A stretch of DNA of 64,000 nucleotides, from NCBI GenBank assembly GCA_048013815.1, contig CM106586.1, positions 9,424,001 to 9,488,000 on the forward strand, in the 5' to 3' direction. A program made the translations under genes and the position numbers. The notes beneath the pieces were generated by a model that saw only the letters and a list, made by a program, of their open reading frames with translations, was not told the origin of the DNA and ran no database searches. Shown in pieces: positions 61,247 through 64,000 of this stretch (its first letter is position 1; the number at the start of each line of letters is the position of its first letter). The stretch is from Setoptus koraiensis (Eukaryota > Animalia > Arthropoda).

Positions 61247-64000
61247 TAACCATTAGCAGCACTTTGTTTTCTTCTTTTTATCTTTTCCTTTTTGCAACCC
61301 TTTGGATACATATACATTTTTATATCTACTGTTTAGTGTGCCACTTTGCCTGCCGCTTATCGGTCGCCTGTTCGGGCCGCCAGGGCGCCAATATGGTGTG
61401 ACTACCACTAGTTGAGTTGACTTGAGTCATCGTATATTATAAGTGATACAGGCGAGCACAATGAGGCCTACTGGCAACTTGAGAGCGCGCGTGATGCCAA
61501 TCAGTTTTACAATCAATTGTACAATTTGTAGGCATGCGCTGCGCTTGAGTGCGCGCCCCGCGCGCCTCTCGCGGACAAAAGGCCAAGCGAGCGAAGAGGC
61601 ACGGAGGGTGGCGCACACAGCGCACAAACATGTCTACACTCGCTCACATAAATGCTTACTTATATGCTTACTTATATGCTTGCTTATATGCATACGGATA
61701 TGTATATGGATATGTGTGTGCAAGTTTATACTACCAGTTGTGTGTATAAACAACATAGTAGCAGTGGTTGTGCAATGGATATCTATGCGTATATCTATCG
61801 CTGGCAGAGCGAGAGAGAGGATGAATATGGACACCTGTTGGAGTTGTTGTTTAGGGCCAAAGGGTTGCTGCTTTCGCTGCTTGCGCAACAACAGCACCAG
61901 CAACGACGCCAACAACGACAGCAAAACGACGACAACAGCAGCAACGACAACAGCAACAGCAGCAACGACAACAGCAACAACAACGACAGGTATGTGGGTA
62001 TTGTAGCGATGTCTATTGGCTGGCCGGCGAGCCATGAGCAACTGCAATCGGTTTGTAGCATTGGCAGCGGTGTGAGCAGTAGTAGGCGACAGGGGCAAAT
62101 GATGCTGAACATAATGATGATGATAAGATCGCACGAACAGCAACAACAGCAGCACACACGCAACACTGGCGCAGTAGAGAGTTGAAATGGAATCGGCTGT
62201 GAGAACGACAGCGCACAAGGGTTAAGGCCTAATATCAGGTCTAATTCTGTCTAAACTCGACCAACTCACCTGTGAGCACCTCTACCTGTTCTGGCCGCTC
62301 TAGCTGCTGCGGCTGCGGCTGCCTCACCTGGTTTACCTGGTCTACCTGGTGTGCAGTGTCAGCCTGTGCGCAGCCTGCGTCTAGCTGCGCATGCACATGT
62401 TACACTGTTGCTGTCGTTGTTGTTGTTGTCGTTGTTGTTGTTGTCGTTGTTGTTGTAGTCGAGCGCGCCGAACGGCAGCGCCAACAGCAGCAGCAACAAT
62501 ACTTTCTTTACTTTTGAAATTAAATAATAATGATCGGGGCGCCGCCGCTGATGCTGGCGACGCCGCGGCGATACTCGGCCGGCAACGACAACAGCGACGC
62601 CAACAGCAGCACCGAGGCTCGAGTCAGCAACAACGACAACAACAACAACAGCAACGACGACAGCGCCAGAGTCAGCGACGAGCGGCCCGCAGTAGGCAAG
62701 CCGTACAGGTAAATGGCGTGCCATTACACACTCTATTAGCGAGCGCCAGGCGCTCGCAAGCTTCGTAAGAGCTGTTCGCTACAGCACACACAGGTAGACC
62801 AAAGTGGGCACAGGTAGGCCAACTGGTGGCGCTGGCGCTGTTGCCACTGGCCGCCACGACAGGTGAGTGGCAGCGAGCGCAGTTTAGCGACTAGTAGACA
62901 CTTGCTCTACTGCTTGCCGATGCATGCCTAGAAGCAGTTTGGCCGGACACTGGCGGCGAGCGAGCCTGCCAGCGATAGAGACTGTGCCCGAGAGACGCTC
63001 CGTCAGATATAGCCAGATATAGCCAGATATAGTTAGATATAGTGAGATGTAGTGAGATGTAGTGAGATGTGAGCGGGCATGAGCAGCCGAGATAAGAGGA
63101 GCTGTGAAGAGAGTGGGCATTAGCTTAATTGTACGACAGTTGGTGTTGATTGTGGAACAGGTTGTATACATTAATTAACAAACAAACCCCTTTGCATCCA
63201 TTAGTCGCTGTGCTATTATGTAACCATGGCTAGCACACCTTTGCGCCATACAACATAATGCTTATCCATGTGTACAAGTGGACTGGCCAACGAACCGCCG
63301 CTGTTCGACTGGCGCTGTGCGACGCCAGCCGAGCCAGTTGAGCCAGGGATAAATTTATCATTATCATGCCAGCGCAGCGCAACAACAACAGCTAACAAAC
63401 AGGCCAACAGGCGCAATGACGCAATGACGCAATGGCGCAATGGCGACCCGGCCAACTGGATAAATGGCGACCGCGATGCCGGCGCGGCAACAAGTTACAA
63501 AATGAAGTGAATCGAAGCCGCCAGCGCGTCTCTACGCAACATTGACTGGCAACGCGACTGGACGGATATTTGGACGACATTGTCGGCCTGGCTAAACTCA
63601 CGTAAACTCACCTAAGCTCATGCGTTGCATCGTGAGCCCAGGGGAGCCGAACGCCAGAAGCGGCCTGCAAACGTCGCCGTGGACAACGCGCCGGTGGCGC
63701 CGCTGAAACAATAACCTTCATTCTCCGCGTTGCGCAATGGCGCCTACTCTCCATGTTGCGTAATGTTGCGCAATGTTGCGCAATGGCGCCTAATGGGCGC
63801 GTTTGCATATTTGCTGCGCTCCGTCCGCCGGCGTGCTCACCTGACAGAGTTATGCAACAAGCGCGACAAGTGCACATTTGTCATGCCACCTGCAGCTTGT
63901 TTGCCGCTGTTGTTTGTTTGCTGTCGGCCAGGCTCGTGCTGGCGGTGGTTGCAGTTGTAGTTGCAGTTGTAGTTGCAGTGGTTGCAGTGGTGGCAGTGGT

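Larger units (their letters stand above)
52217..63843. promoter_or_regulatory. Region strongly enriched for CAGGTGAG/CTCACCTG (24 sites, both strands)
   Basis: Counted by eye: 13 on the + strand and 11 on the - strand. The enrichment is observed; its regulatory meaning is inferred. Confidence 0.5.

Overview
This is eukaryotic (arthropod) nuclear DNA. I infer a compact-genome acariform mite of eriophyoid type, because the housekeeping genes are intronless and tightly packed while the two transcription-factor genes each keep one short GT-AG intron. Seven protein-coding genes are supported. From left to right: a secreted pancreatic-lipase-family enzyme (+), PDH E2/DLAT (+), COQ7/clk-1 (+), MON1 (+), an Msx/msh homeobox gene (-, 2 exons), then about 35 kb with no recognisable gene, Xaa-Pro aminopeptidase 1 (-), a FLYWCH zinc-finger gene with a long low-complexity tail (-, 2 exons), and 13 kb of non-coding DNA. 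The most striking observation is that the DLAT ORF is a chimera. Its first ~94 codons are a mitochondrial presequence plus a diverged citrate synthase N-terminal segment, fused in frame to a remnant DLAT presequence and a complete E2. The non-coding DNA is saturated with short tandem micro-duplications. It also contains several near-perfect hairpins and dense homotypic motif clusters: CAGGTGAG at 24 sites in 11.6 kb on both strands, a CAGGTAA array, an ATTGGC plus GTTACGTAAC module, and a 26-nt repeat joining an E-box to a Su(H)-type site. I found no tRNA, rRNA, CRISPR array or intact mobile element. Most ORFs in the supplied track between 10.2-45 kb and 51-64 kb are repeat artefacts. All homology statements come from recalled family motifs, not from database searches.
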